Positions 46,701 through 55,606 of a DNA stretch of 64,000 nt are shown here, in pieces. Below the pieces are notes generated by a model. The model searched no databases. It had not been told where the DNA came from and saw only the letters and a list, made by a program, of their open reading frames with translations. The translations under genes were made by a program, and so were the position numbers. How positions within the stretch are numbered: position 1 is the first letter of the stretch; the number at the start of each line of letters is the position of its first letter. Source of the stretch: a virus; IMG/VR virus record IMGVR_UViG_3300044658_000058, positions 32,001 to 96,000 of that record. One strand, given 5' to 3'.

Positions 46701-47686
46701 GCGTCAACAGCAACGTTAGTTGTCCATGTGTTTGTTGCAGTTCTTCTCGCATAAACAACACGTGCATATGAGGTAGCCATCGATGCAACACGTGCACCGT
46801 TATACAAAATGATTGGCTGATTATCAGATGTTCTGAAAATAATGTCGCAATTGAATACGGTGGCGGCTGCACTATCCGTTGGGTTGAATGATGCCTGAAC
46901 GACTTCCTTGATAGGGAAAGTATCGCTCGTCATATCAAATGTTTGATAGTGAATATTTGTGGACGTGCTGGAACCACTCATCACTGCCAGATGAATAGTG
47001 CTGCCATTTTGATAGCCTGAAATAGCTTGTACGGCTGTTGCATAACCAGTGCTTGTAGCAATACTTGACCAAGATGTATCCGGTGAAGTAGATTTATACG
47101 CCTGTAGTGTAGTGGAAGTGGTAGAATCACGACCGAAGAAGTAATATGCTTCCTGATACAGCTTGTAAGCCATATCAATGCTGCGAGCAGTGTATGTAGA
47201 ACCATCATACCAATAACTATCTCCACCAGCGTTTGATGAAGAAGTAGATGTCCAGAAATAGAAATTAGTTGCAGCAGGAGCACCACTTCTTTTCATAACC
47301 AACATATACTGAGTTGATGCAGACAAAGAAACGACGTTGCTGAATGCAAAATCTACAAAAGTTCCGCTTGAAGTGCCTAATGTGCTACCATCAACTAGTG
47401 ATGATGTTGCTATTACAGTAGAACCGGTAGAATCTCTTATTTCAACGTATACGTTGTCCGTAACAGTGCCAGACCTATAGATAGGTAATGACACACCTGA
47501 TATAGAATAATTTGCGCTTGGGGTAAAGGTCTGTCCAATAGCCTGATGACTAGTATCGTTACCTATTGCATAGCTAGAGCTAAGAGTTGTGAAAGACTCT
47601 GATGTTATAGGCGTCAACGAATTTTTGAACGGTCCAACAGTCGCTATTGCCGTCGAAATACCAGTAATTGTTACAGGCAGTGCCAT
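43703..47686 (-). CDS. Fibre protein A: multidomain adhesin with ~14 ExxD repeats and a C-terminal partial Asp-box propeller
   Basis: Duplicated G.TF.P...EIRDSTG domain, lectin-like segment, repeats and three STxxGxTW boxes. Confidence 0.75.
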   Translation of the reverse strand: MALPVTITGISTAIATVGPFKNSLTPITSESFTTLSSSYAIGNDTSHQAIGQTFTPSANYSISGVSLPIYRSGTVTDNVYVEIRDSTGSTVIATSSLVDGSTLGTSSGTFVDFAFSNVVSLSASTQYMLVMKRSGAPAATNFYFWTSTSSSNAGGDSYWYDGSTYTARSIDMAYKLYQEAYYFFGRDSTTSTTLQAYKSTSPDTSWSSIATSTGYATAVQAISGYQNGSTIHLAVMSGSSTSTNIHYQTFDMTSDTFPIKEVVQASFNPTDSAAATVFNCDIIFRTSDNQPIILYNGARVASMATSYARVVYARRTATNTWTTNVAVDAGGALDGYVSDCVMGASNSIHFGYKYPASTFVQRTLNSSNVLQTVSTGVATNTAGNVVGSSANISSVQKVAFTGVDSASSGNGVRNLYFDSGNTPTINTGGTSGVDAGTSGVGITAWDNGTLWILWVSTNNKIVYVSSSSNNGSTQTTGVAAFTGATSMGGGLNQDATIYQRGSSMVLPYIVNDNGTLKYNEYTVRTFGITGTTSITEADDTVASASTVKITAVNGGTDIAFLSQTNVGSDTQFGFGSSAAYYGETFIPTSNVLLTKIGLKMMKTGSPSDSVVMEIRDSTGTTVLGTSTTVAGSSLTTSRADASFTFSGGVALTGGTTYMFVIRRTGALDASNYYWVGYSISDTYANGMLFTYNSGTSSWDSGSAFQDIYFVLYQTNIVESDDTLSSASHNSTPNTANASITEANDTVSSVIQLTPIAGTASITEANDTSSGAAHIRQTFSTGFETGTTADLVAPGSTTVVTTHPRTGTYCLRLPTDNHGSTFSWSNPSSFGSKTSYGRMAVYVDQPSPALTVDQDFKLVSMESASNAIMSAYILLKADGTIWLDTNSTQTQITGWGYNQWACFEYFVQTGSPGVVTIRLNGTVIYTATPNYVSDNIGYQYGGSVGPNTSGYNVYYDNLAYDTDNWVGQDLATATASITEAGDTVSATSAMQIKGTASVTEAGDTVASTSTIALKAAASITEAGDTIAAPATIALKATTSVTEADDTIVAPATVALKASASITEASDSVSSTSAVAIKASLSNTEADDTISAAGTAVSGPVASASITEADDTVSAASTLATHATASITEAPDTISATSAIAIKASASNTEANDSISSTAGLAAKASLAITESGDSVSATSIAPIKANGKGYYRTNSGDLNFNWSGAVAVSGDKSIILAGAWVDTVGYPWISTNEGDTWTELNSNGLPSANWNAVASSNDGNLLVALPDSGTPYVSTNRGVTWTQPSPSTTGAWTSVTVSPNGGVIYAVQSGGVYVSTDVGATWNFTAIS

Positions 47687-48261
47687 TAGATAACCTCACC
47701 ACGACCACGCTGGACAACGAAGTCCGGGGAAACTAATTCTTTCCATTGTTCCTTGGTTTTCCAATTCAACCCACCGCCAGAACTTGGAGTCGAACATGTA
47801 ACCCAATGCACAACTTTTGGAGCCAGCAAACGCAAGGCAGAAGAAAGTTCTACACATTCTTCGTCATATAGATTTGGAAGAACATCTTCCGTTATAGCTA
47901 TTGTGATCGGTTTCCCTATTGCATTTCTGATATTGTTTCTCGATTCCTCGGTCAAAGAAGATTCGTTCAAAATAGGAACTGTAGCTTGTTTTGCTTTGTG
48001 TTCGTGAACCCATGTAGAAATGTCGGTAACGATCACCGATAGTCCGGCTTCAATCCAATCCTCTGCTACCCATCCGAACGCTCCACCAATCAAAACAATG
48101 CCGTCTTCCGGAGTCAGACTAAGAGCATCCTTAAGAATCATGTGATCGTTGCCAAAATATTGTTGTTTAGCAATGCGGTCGAAACCGACGATTTGGCCAT
48201 CAATTTCACAACTATAAAGTTGGGACCAAGTAGATTCGAGATTGCTATCGACCAATGGCAT
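47686..48261 (-). CDS. Putative SAM-dependent methyltransferase-like protein
   Basis: VLIGGAFGW, VTDIS, TEDVLP resemble class I motifs. Confidence 0.45.
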   Translation of the reverse strand: MPLVDSNLESTWSQLYSCEIDGQIVGFDRIAKQQYFGNDHMILKDALSLTPEDGIVLIGGAFGWVAEDWIEAGLSVIVTDISTWVHEHKAKQATVPILNESSLTEESRNNIRNAIGKPITIAITEDVLPNLYDEECVELSSALRLLAPKVVHWVTCSTPSSGGGLNWKTKEQWKELVSPDFVVQRGRGEVI

Positions 48262-48303
48262 TATGGATTTCCGGGATTATTGTATATTCCTATTTAGTTA
48301 AAC

Positions 48304-48330
48304 AAAAAAAGGCGGCTGTTACGCCGCCTT
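48304..48330 (-). terminator. Rho-independent terminator
   Basis: AAAGGCGGC-gtaaca-GCCGCCTTT followed by a T run. Confidence 0.75.
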
Positions 48331-48355
48331 TCGATATTCAAAAGTGAATTTACTA

Positions 48356-48760
48356 TTAAGCGTTGCCCGCAGTAAGCGTAAAGCTTGTAACAGAGAATGA
48401 CTGACCAGTTGCGAACGATGTGTTGTCAACGGTCATGTCGCCACCACCACCAGTAGCAGTTACAGTGCCTTGCATGTGGCATGTACCGGTCGATGAAAAG
48501 ATACGGAAGTGACCGGCAGTACCGGTAGCGTCCGCAGAAGTATCCTGCCAAGTACCTGTCATAGACTTTGTACCACCAGATGCAGCGGCCATCCAATCGG
48601 ATGGAAGCGTACATGTTGCGAGAACAGTACCGGAGTTAGCGGCTGCGCAAGATGCAGGAGGGGCACCAGATTTGATCAAAAGAACAGCCGATGTTCCGGT
48701 TGTCGATTCAACAACATCAAGACGTGCGTTACGAACGGCAACAGAATATTGTAGTGTCAT
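48356..48760 (-). CDS. Small beta-rich virion protein (candidate fibre subunit)
   Basis: MTLQYSVAVRNARLD...GTAGHFRI...QGTV...DMTVDNT; flanked by a perfect TATAAATA, GAGG RBS and a terminator. Confidence 0.75.
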   Translation of the reverse strand: MTLQYSVAVRNARLDVVESTTGTSAVLLIKSGAPPASCAAANSGTVLATCTLPSDWMAAASGGTKSMTGTWQDTSADATGTAGHFRIFSSTGTCHMQGTVTATGGGGDMTVDNTSFATGQSFSVTSFTLTAGNA

Positions 48761-48803
48761 AAAAATTCCTCTAAAAAGTTTAATTTCAAGTTATTTATAA
48801 AAG

Positions 48804-49556
48804 TTAGAGTCCCGGCCCGAACATATCCGTCAAAGGAATCGAGAATGAACGAATCATTTCTTCTTCAAGTTCCTGAATTTCTTTTTCGGCTTCGTCATAA
48901 ATTTCTTGGCCGGACAATTCCGCACCCGAAAGAATTTTCACAGATTTATAGAGCTTAAGGTTCGTTCCCCATTGTCTTTTCACCAAAGCTGTGGCATAGC
49001 GAAGAAGCCATTTATCTGACCATACTTCTGGATATTCGTCCGGATTCAAGACCTGATATCCGTCAAAAATGATGTATGTGCCGACTGCATATTTTGTCCA
49101 ATCGGTATCGACAAATATTCTGTTCATTTTACGATTAAAACGAATGCCGGGAGTGGCATTGAAGAAATCGTTGAACATGTTGATATGACGAATTGCCAAA
49201 TAGTATGGGACAATAGATGTGTTTGTCAGATTATAGAAATCATTCAGCATCACTTGATATGTGGTGGAGAAGAGAGCAGATGCGCTTCCGATCAAACCAG
49301 AGCCATCGACAACCTTAGTGATGCCTGTGATAGAACTATCGACTTCGATGTATTGATTTGCGATGTCGTCAGCGGTAATCTGATGTTTGTAGAAAATCTG
49401 GGTCATACCATCGAAGTGATATTCCTGATAATAAGAAAGGGCATCATCGATACGATCTTCGACTTGTTCGGCATCCACGGCAATTTCAATGACAGGAAAG
49501 CCGAGACGACGCATAATGTATTCTTTAAACGCCTTTCTTGTAGTTGGTAATGCCAT
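48804..49556 (-). CDS. gp13: Neck protein
   Basis: PTTR..FKEY..RRLG.PVIEI.V..EQVEDRIDDAL, WL.RYATAL.KRQWG.NL. Confidence 0.94.
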   Translation of the reverse strand: MALPTTRKAFKEYIMRRLGFPVIEIAVDAEQVEDRIDDALSYYQEYHFDGMTQIFYKHQITADDIANQYIEVDSSITGITKVVDGSGLIGSASALFSTTYQVMLNDFYNLTNTSIVPYYLAIRHINMFNDFFNATPGIRFNRKMNRIFVDTDWTKYAVGTYIIFDGYQVLNPDEYPEVWSDKWLLRYATALVKRQWGTNLKLYKSVKILSGAELSGQEIYDEAEKEIQELEEEMIRSFSIPLTDMFGPGL

Positions 49557-49941
49557 AGATTTTCTTTTCCTTAAAAGCTCTTCCACCGTTTAGGCGCACG
49601 ACAATCCAGACGGCCCAAGCAAGATATCTTGGCGAACCCAGAGCGATCATTGCATCAAACAACTGATTGTCAGCAAACAATCTATTGTTATCCAGAACGC
49701 TATAGAGCTTGTCGTGTAGTGCGCCAGCGGCAGCATATTTCCCTGATGTATTTATAAACCCCTCAAAAATACGAGGGATAGACATAAGATCGGTGAGATA
49801 TCCTTTTTGAACATAGATATAATTACCAGAGCCCTTTTCACCGACTTCCCAAACAAGATCACGGGTTAGGCGAAAAACTCGCCTGTCCCCGTTGAAATAT
49901 TCTGTGGATGCAAATTGAATTGGGTCTGTAAAATTGGACAT
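49525..49941 (-). CDS. DUF1353-like protein
   Basis: V.KGY.TDL.SIPR, AGALHD.LY, AD....DAM, VRL.G. Confidence 0.8.
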   Translation of the reverse strand: MSNFTDPIQFASTEYFNGDRRVFRLTRDLVWEVGEKGSGNYIYVQKGYLTDLMSIPRIFEGFINTSGKYAAAGALHDKLYSVLDNNRLFADNQLFDAMIALGSPRYLAWAVWIVVRLNGGRAFKEKKIYGITNYKKGV

Positions 49942-50552
49942 TAGCTACCAGATACCGGCCATAGCGTGTCGTTTGTGTAATCGCCCGGAACCGGGGAAGA
50001 CTGTTTGATCACACGGGCGGCAAAAATCAATTTGGTTTCCCATGCGGCGGCGGCTTGGCCAAAAGCAAAACACGTTTGGGCATCCATTCGTGTTAGAGAG
50101 TTGTCATCAGCAATCCAAACGAAGTCCGAAGAGCCGCCATGCCAACGATAGTTACCAGTTTGTGCGCCAGCGGCTATGGCAAATCCGGCCAAAGTAGCAG
50201 CGCCAATGATGCGAGCCTTCGATTCATTGTCCATCGCATAGGATTTGCCTGCGAACTGGAAACCTGTCGCAATGCGTTTGTCACGCTCTGCATTCACTTC
50301 ATCAGCCGTTGGAACCTTGACTGATGTGGTCCAGACATATTTCGGAACGCCATTGGTTACCACGACATTTTGTGATACGCCAACATAGCCAACCGGAATA
50401 GGGTCCGCTGGCGAAATTTCTTTCAAAGTATACGTTCCATTATCCCAACCGGCATAGGCAGGAGAAGTAACATCGTTCCCTATAACGAATGTACTGCCAG
50501 ACAAAACTTGTTTCACAACAGAATTGTCAGATTTCTTTATTAATGCTAACAT
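49941..50552 (-). CDS. DUF4376-like tail fibre assembly protein
   Basis: VNAERDKRI..GF, WIADDNS...MDA, DYT...LWP. Confidence 0.75.
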   Translation of the reverse strand: MLALIKKSDNSVVKQVLSGSTFVIGNDVTSPAYAGWDNGTYTLKEISPADPIPVGYVGVSQNVVVTNGVPKYVWTTSVKVPTADEVNAERDKRIATGFQFAGKSYAMDNESKARIIGAATLAGFAIAAGAQTGNYRWHGGSSDFVWIADDNSLTRMDAQTCFAFGQAAAAWETKLIFAARVIKQSSPVPGDYTNDTLWPVSGS

Positions 50553-51190
50553 TTAAGTCCTTCGTAAATCTCTATATCTTTCTCATAGTATTTATTCACC
50601 GCAGCTAAGGTGGCTTCATCATAGAATGTGTCAACCCAATCTTTTATATCTACATTTTGGAGTGACTTATTTTGATGTTTTAGCGGTTGCTTGATGTCTA
50701 TATTGTATGTTTCGACAAATTCTTGAATATGCTCATCCAATCTATCGTAAAGCCACCAAGTTCCAATTTCTTTTCCTCGATAGGTCAGAAACGTCGATTG
50801 GAGTTGATTTTGCCATGGTCGATCCGGATAATATCCAGTGTTGACGACGGACTGTCTGAAATCCTTAATTGATGGATTTTGAACCAAGCCCTGTTTTGCT
50901 CGGTAGAGGTAGAGGCTAAGAACCCGGTCGATTGGATTTCGGACCACACCAACGATGGTTTCGTTTGGATTCAAGAGCCCATTGTCGATGGCATAGGTTA
51001 CATCCATGTGCGAGTGTTCGGCGTGTACAGGTTCCATATTTTGGGACCAATGAATATTCTCTGTCGCATAATATTTCGAATACATGTCTTCCGGGTGTAT
51101 AACGTTATCAATGAAGAAACGCCGAATGGAGGTTGATGCATTCTTCGGCACATTGATGAAATTGAATTTAAAACGTTTGATACTAATCAT
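50546..51190 (-). CDS. Sulfotransferase-family protein
   Basis: 5'-PSB FINVPKNASTSI and 3'-PB VRNPIDRVLSLY motifs. Confidence 0.82.
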   Translation of the reverse strand: MISIKRFKFNFINVPKNASTSIRRFFIDNVIHPEDMYSKYYATENIHWSQNMEPVHAEHSHMDVTYAIDNGLLNPNETIVGVVRNPIDRVLSLYLYRAKQGLVQNPSIKDFRQSVVNTGYYPDRPWQNQLQSTFLTYRGKEIGTWWLYDRLDEHIQEFVETYNIDIKQPLKHQNKSLQNVDIKDWVDTFYDEATLAAVNKYYEKDIEIYEGLKC

Positions 51191-51744
51191 CTAAGCAGAA
51201 AAGAATTTAAAGTGAGCCTAACATTACCTATAGATTTATAAGAATGCCATGTAACACCAGTTTTACCAGCAAAGACCATCATTCTATTCTGTTGCCATTC
51301 GATTTGCTTGACAAAATTCTTGTCCTTGTCGTAAAGAAGAGTTCCTTGACCGTTCATTGGGTAGAGGTAGGTAACGGCTGACAAAACTTTGTTTTCAGCT
51401 TCATCATGAATAGGATGTTCAGAGGCGTCCAAGCACAGGATACATTCACCATAGAGCGAGAGCTTCTTATGTTCCCGACGATCTGGAAAATAGTCAAGCA
51501 AAGCGTTCGTGTCTCTGGACAACAGTAAATTTCTTGTAATGGGAAATTCTGAATTTTCGTACAAATTATTTTTGGAAATGAAAATTCGCTTGGCCGTTTT
51601 GGTTACAAATTGTTCCGGCTTTGTTTTGAGATTGTCCCAAATTTCTCGAATTGCCGCTGATGTATCATCGTAATAATCATCGATGGTTACATGCGGCCAT
51701 GGTTCAGTTGAAATCGACAATTCGTTGTTCAATTCGTTCTTCAA
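51187..51744 (-). CDS. 2OG-Fe(II) oxygenase
   Basis: PWPH..IDD, IHDE...K.LS.V.YL, GTLLY, WHSY, RLTL. Confidence 0.78.
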   Translation of the reverse strand: MKNELNNELSISTEPWPHVTIDDYYDDTSAAIREIWDNLKTKPEQFVTKTAKRIFISKNNLYENSEFPITRNLLLSRDTNALLDYFPDRREHKKLSLYGECILCLDASEHPIHDEAENKVLSAVTYLYPMNGQGTLLYDKDKNFVKQIEWQQNRMMVFAGKTGVTWHSYKSIGNVRLTLNSFLLR

Positions 51745-52522
51745 AATCCTCTTGCGTCACATCGATGCAGAGCTTATGGGCATACCAAGATAGGAACCGT
51801 TTTAGGTCGTCCTGATTGACCGGCTGCATGTCTTCCAATTCCCTAGCGGTCTTGATCTTCGGTAAAATTTCCGAAAATGGGGTTGTGTCATAGCTGGCAC
51901 AAACCTTTCCACGGATCATGGCATTCACGCTAACGGACGAATAGGAGCTTGACACCTTGTCAGCACCGTCCAAGAGATGACTTAGGTTATGTGAGCCATC
52001 GACAAAGATTACATATTCGCTTTGTGGCACGGTTATTTTGGTCAAAGGATGTTGTTTGAACACTGTATAGACCTTGTGAGTCTTGGCGTATTCGACGGCA
52101 TCCGAAAAATGATCAAGTTCTTTGTTCATATTGTCTTGCATCAGAAAGAGATTGTATCGTTCTGGCAATTCCATGATCACATTTCCTTCGGAATATTTCG
52201 TACCGAAGCGCCCCGTTATCATTGGATCAATATCACATTCTTTCCATGCGTGAAGAAACGGGTTTTCTCGGTCGAGATATTGACGATTTGGGGTGAACAC
52301 AAAAAATTCCACCTTTGGTGAGCCGAAGCGCCACGTCAATTTTCTCTCAAATTTCATGGGATCGACAATTTCTGAAAATATGCAGTTTGTCAGTCCATGT
52401 TTTTCTAATATGGCATCGACAATTTTGGCAACTTTAATTGTTTGTGCGAACATGTAATGGGTCTGTTGAAGGTCTTTCACCATATTGACCCATTTCAATA
52501 CCAAATTATAGTTGGACCGCAT
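51704..52522 (-). CDS. Capsule-biosynthesis-like GT-B glycosyltransferase
   Basis: FLMQ, VFKQHP, SSVSVNAMIRGK; start uncertain. Confidence 0.6.
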   Translation of the reverse strand: MRSNYNLVLKWVNMVKDLQQTHYMFAQTIKVAKIVDAILEKHGLTNCIFSEIVDPMKFERKLTWRFGSPKVEFFVFTPNRQYLDRENPFLHAWKECDIDPMITGRFGTKYSEGNVIMELPERYNLFLMQDNMNKELDHFSDAVEYAKTHKVYTVFKQHPLTKITVPQSEYVIFVDGSHNLSHLLDGADKVSSSYSSVSVNAMIRGKVCASYDTTPFSEILPKIKTARELEDMQPVNQDDLKRFLSWYAHKLCIDVTQEDFEERIEQRIVDFN

Positions 52523-53204
52523 ACATGTATTCGTTATCTCTTCCGACATTTTCAGCGAGCAATTCTGCTTTCAGAATAGAGACATTCTTTTTACGAATAT
52601 AAACTACTGGACACTTGCTTTTCAGTGCCTTTTTCATTGTCTCTATAGCCCAATCCTCTTTGTCCGGTCTGCAAATTAAACAGACCATGGATTTGGTGAA
52701 CTTGAAATCGAGAGCATTCATGATCTTCACTGGATACTCATAATTTTCATAAGAAGCGATATCGATACACGTCACGTCAAACCCGGCTTCTGTAAGAATC
52801 TTTCCTGTATAGCCGTTGCCAGCGCCGCAATCGATGATGTGGTGACCAGAGAACAATTCCTTCATCTTGTTAATGAAAATCTCATTAGGATGAAAGTAAT
52901 GACCACTTAGTTCAGGAACAATTTTGAGAATTTCTGCGAATTGCTCGTCAGTTAGAGTTTTCTCATTATAAGAAGATATGATTTCGCTTTCTTTCTCTTT
53001 CTTGTAGGCATCAACCATCTTCTTCGTCCACACAGTTTTGTGAGCTTTTTTAATTGCCTCTCTGACATCTTCGATCACGTAATCATTTGGATTGGTGAGA
53101 ACCCATTCGTTGTTGACAACATGGGCTGGTGGAATTTCGAACGTTAATCCGGGTAGTTCAAGGTGCAGAATCTTGTGTGATCCCACGTATTTTACATTAC
53201 TCAT
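52506..53204 (-). CDS. Class I SAM-dependent methyltransferase
   Basis: IIDCGAGNG, VTCID, ALDF, ICRP. Confidence 0.8.
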   Translation of the reverse strand: MSNVKYVGSHKILHLELPGLTFEIPPAHVVNNEWVLTNPNDYVIEDVREAIKKAHKTVWTKKMVDAYKKEKESEIISSYNEKTLTDEQFAEILKIVPELSGHYFHPNEIFINKMKELFSGHHIIDCGAGNGYTGKILTEAGFDVTCIDIASYENYEYPVKIMNALDFKFTKSMVCLICRPDKEDWAIETMKKALKSKCPVVYIRKKNVSILKAELLAENVGRDNEYMYAVQL

Positions 53205-54073
53205 GGCTCTACAAATCTTACGCTTTGGACAAAGTTACTATAGAAATGCCATGTAGTTGTGACGACCCCGCCCGAGTGACCGCCGCCACCACCAGTTGAT
53301 GTGGTTTGATATAGTGTATCAGTAACAAATGTTCCATTTGCATCCATACATTCCAATGCTATCTCTCTTGAATATCCACCATAAGCAGCATTCGTTTCAA
53401 GGATTCTCGTATGTGCTGGACCGCTATGGGCGATTGTCGGAGGGCTTATATCGTTGATATCCAGTCCACCTTTTATGAACACCAAGTCATTCTGTAGAAC
53501 GGATATACTGGTGGAAGGGTGAGACGAACTGCTTCCTGTTCCACCACCATAAAATGCATTCGTAACACCACTCCATCTGCCCGGAAGGACATAGACCATT
53601 TGAGAGTTCGTGCGTGATGTGCTGCTTGCTTTGACAAATGTTGCCGCAACCGAAGTCAAATTACCAAATCCAATTGGAACTTGGAATTGACAAAACTTAA
53701 AATCCGAACCCAGACCGGTATTCTTACTATACAATATAGTTTCATCGGTTGCCGTATATGCGCCGCTGTTCACGTTGACAGAAGTTGTTCCGGGTGAGCT
53801 ACCTTCGTTCAATGTAAACAATGTCGTCCATCGACTTTGTAAATTGATGGCAGCTTGCGGGTATGTTAATGTGCCAGAAACAGATGTTGCAGTTGCGAAT
53901 GTAGAGTCGAACGATTCAGAAAATGGACCAGTCGTAGTGTTGGTTTCAAACCCCTGATTGACAGAGGTTTTAGAAATCATCGCATTTCGTGAAGAAATAG
54001 TTTTCAGCGCCGAAACTACATCAGATACACCAATTAGCACCACTGATGGAATGGATGTTGGGAAAAAAGGCAA
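53201..54073 (-). CDS. Ser/Thr-rich tail fibre tip/adhesin-like protein
   Basis: Directly after the fibre gene; S/T/G-rich. Confidence 0.55.
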   Translation of the reverse strand: MPFFPTSIPSVVLIGVSDVVSALKTISSRNAMISKTSVNQGFETNTTTGPFSESFDSTFATATSVSGTLTYPQAAINLQSRWTTLFTLNEGSSPGTTSVNVNSGAYTATDETILYSKNTGLGSDFKFCQFQVPIGFGNLTSVAATFVKASSTSRTNSQMVYVLPGRWSGVTNAFYGGGTGSSSSHPSTSISVLQNDLVFIKGGLDINDISPPTIAHSGPAHTRILETNAAYGGYSREIALECMDANGTFVTDTLYQTTSTGGGGGHSGGVVTTTWHFYSNFVQSVRFVEP

Positions 54074-55402
54074 TTATCCGAGAACCTTTTGAATATGACA
54101 ATGCTTCACACCACCGATAGAAGTAATGAACAAGAAAAATGCATTACCAACTACAGTGTTTAGAGTATCGCCGGTTACTTTATGCCAACCGGAGAACGTA
54201 ATAGCTCCAGGTGCAGAGTTGTAGAAATACACGACCATGCTACCGTCATTTGCTGGTGGAGCAATGGTGAACGTACCGCCATTTCTCATGAGCACAAAAT
54301 TACCAGATGCCATGTTCGGTGTCCAAGTTCCGGTAGTTGTCGTTCCCAAATCTGGTGTTGTGACAGTGTATCCAACTGTCATGTTTTTTGTGACATTGGA
54401 TTTCACAGTGGCAGCATCGAACCCTTGGATAGTTGTTCCGATAGAACCCGCCAAGCCCGCTGGCGTCACCGCTCTTGTTCCATCTGTTCCTGTCGTTGTT
54501 TCGGCAGTTGTCGCCAATTCCACCACGCCAGTAGCGGCAGTCGAAGCGGCTGAAACCGTTATAGCTGGATTGCCCAAAACACCATCGCCATTGGTGATTC
54601 CAAGAGGCGCTGTCACAGTGATTGCACGTTGCGCCCATGTGTCTGTTGTGGTTCTAACTGGAAATCCTGTGGAGTTAAGCGCTTCAATAGCGCCAACGTC
54701 GTTAGCCAAGGAAACGGCGGGATTTCCAGAAACGCCATCGCCGTTTGACACAGAAAGACCGGCACCAGAACTAGTGATCGCTCTTTGAGCCCATGTATCG
54801 GCGGCTGTTCGAACGGCAATACCGGTCGATGCCAAAGATTCGAGAGCGTTCAAGTCGTTTGCAAGAGCAATTGTTGGATTGCCAGACACGCCATCACCAT
54901 TCGTGACCTGAATGCCAGTAGCCGGACCTGTAATGGTTCTTTGTGCCCATGTGTCGGCAGTGGTTCGAACGGCAATACCAGTAGAAGCGAGAGCCTCCAA
55001 AGCGGCCAAGTCGTTAGCCAATGCGATGGTTGGGTTACCCGCAACACCACCGCCATTTGAAATTGTCAAACCAGCGGCAGGAGCCGTAATAGTTCTGGAC
55101 GAAAAAGTTCCGTTACCAGTTCTGGAAACTATGCCAGTTCCACTAAGATTTGTGATACCGGTAAGGTTATTCGATGAAAGCGTATTGTTGATTGTGACAA
55201 TTTGTGATTTGACCGTATTCACATTTGCCGATAAAGAAGATAGTGATGTCGAAAGAGTAACGACATTTGCAGTAACAGCATTAAGATCACTGTTTATAGA
55301 CGTAATGTCTGTAACAATCTTGTTAGTATTGTTACCCCATTGTTGGAACGTTACCGAAGAAATGCTCCGAACGTCCATAATAGATGCCGTTATAACTGTC
55401 AT
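54074..55402 (-). CDS. Tail fibre protein
   Basis: N-terminal TFQQW..NTN plus coiled coil, ~4 x 52-aa repeats, and a T4-type ATGVVELAT..ET..G.D..RAVTP motif. Confidence 0.8.
   Translation of the reverse strand: MTVITASIMDVRSISSVTFQQWGNNTNKIVTDITSINSDLNAVTANVVTLSTSLSSLSANVNTVKSQIVTINNTLSSNNLTGITNLSGTGIVSRTGNGTFSSRTITAPAAGLTISNGGGVAGNPTIALANDLAALEALASTGIAVRTTADTWAQRTITGPATGIQVTNGDGVSGNPTIALANDLNALESLASTGIAVRTAADTWAQRAITSSGAGLSVSNGDGVSGNPAVSLANDVGAIEALNSTGFPVRTTTDTWAQRAITVTAPLGITNGDGVLGNPAITVSAASTAATGVVELATTAETTTGTDGTRAVTPAGLAGSIGTTIQGFDAATVKSNVTKNMTVGYTVTTPDLGTTTTGTWTPNMASGNFVLMRNGGTFTIAPPANDGSMVVYFYNSAPGAITFSGWHKVTGDTLNTVVGNAFFLFITSIGGVKHCHIQKVLG
54555..55138 (-). repeat. ~4 tandem 52-aa (156-bp) repeats
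   Basis: GIAVRT.ADTWAQR.IT....G..V.NGDGVSGNP.I.LANDL.ALE.L.ST. Confidence 0.85.
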
Positions 55403-55602
55403 TTATTTTCTAAAGCTCTTAATCTTATAGTTAGGTCGCTCACCATTTTTTCGAGATTGGCAATCCGCTTTTCCATTAAAGGAATGTTTTTTGCCGTCTG
55501 TCTTCTTTTGCGGTAAGCTTCCAACGATTTGTTGTCTTTATTTATGAGAGCCCCGGTACTCTCATTTCTGAAAATGCCGGGTACTTCTGTTCTTTGGTCC
55601 AT
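55399..55602 (-). CDS. Small conserved T4-like structural-module protein
   Basis: FRN.STGALIN.D...L..Y plus coiled coil. Confidence 0.75.
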   Translation of the reverse strand: MDQRTEVPGIFRNESTGALINKDNKSLEAYRKRRQTAKNIPLMEKRIANLEKMVSDLTIRLRALENK

Positions 55603-55606
55603 ATTT

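Noticed and set aside
53270-55402. Diversity-generating retroelement or invertible fibre cassette
   Set aside because: No reverse transcriptase or recombinase, and no template/variable repeat pair recognised.
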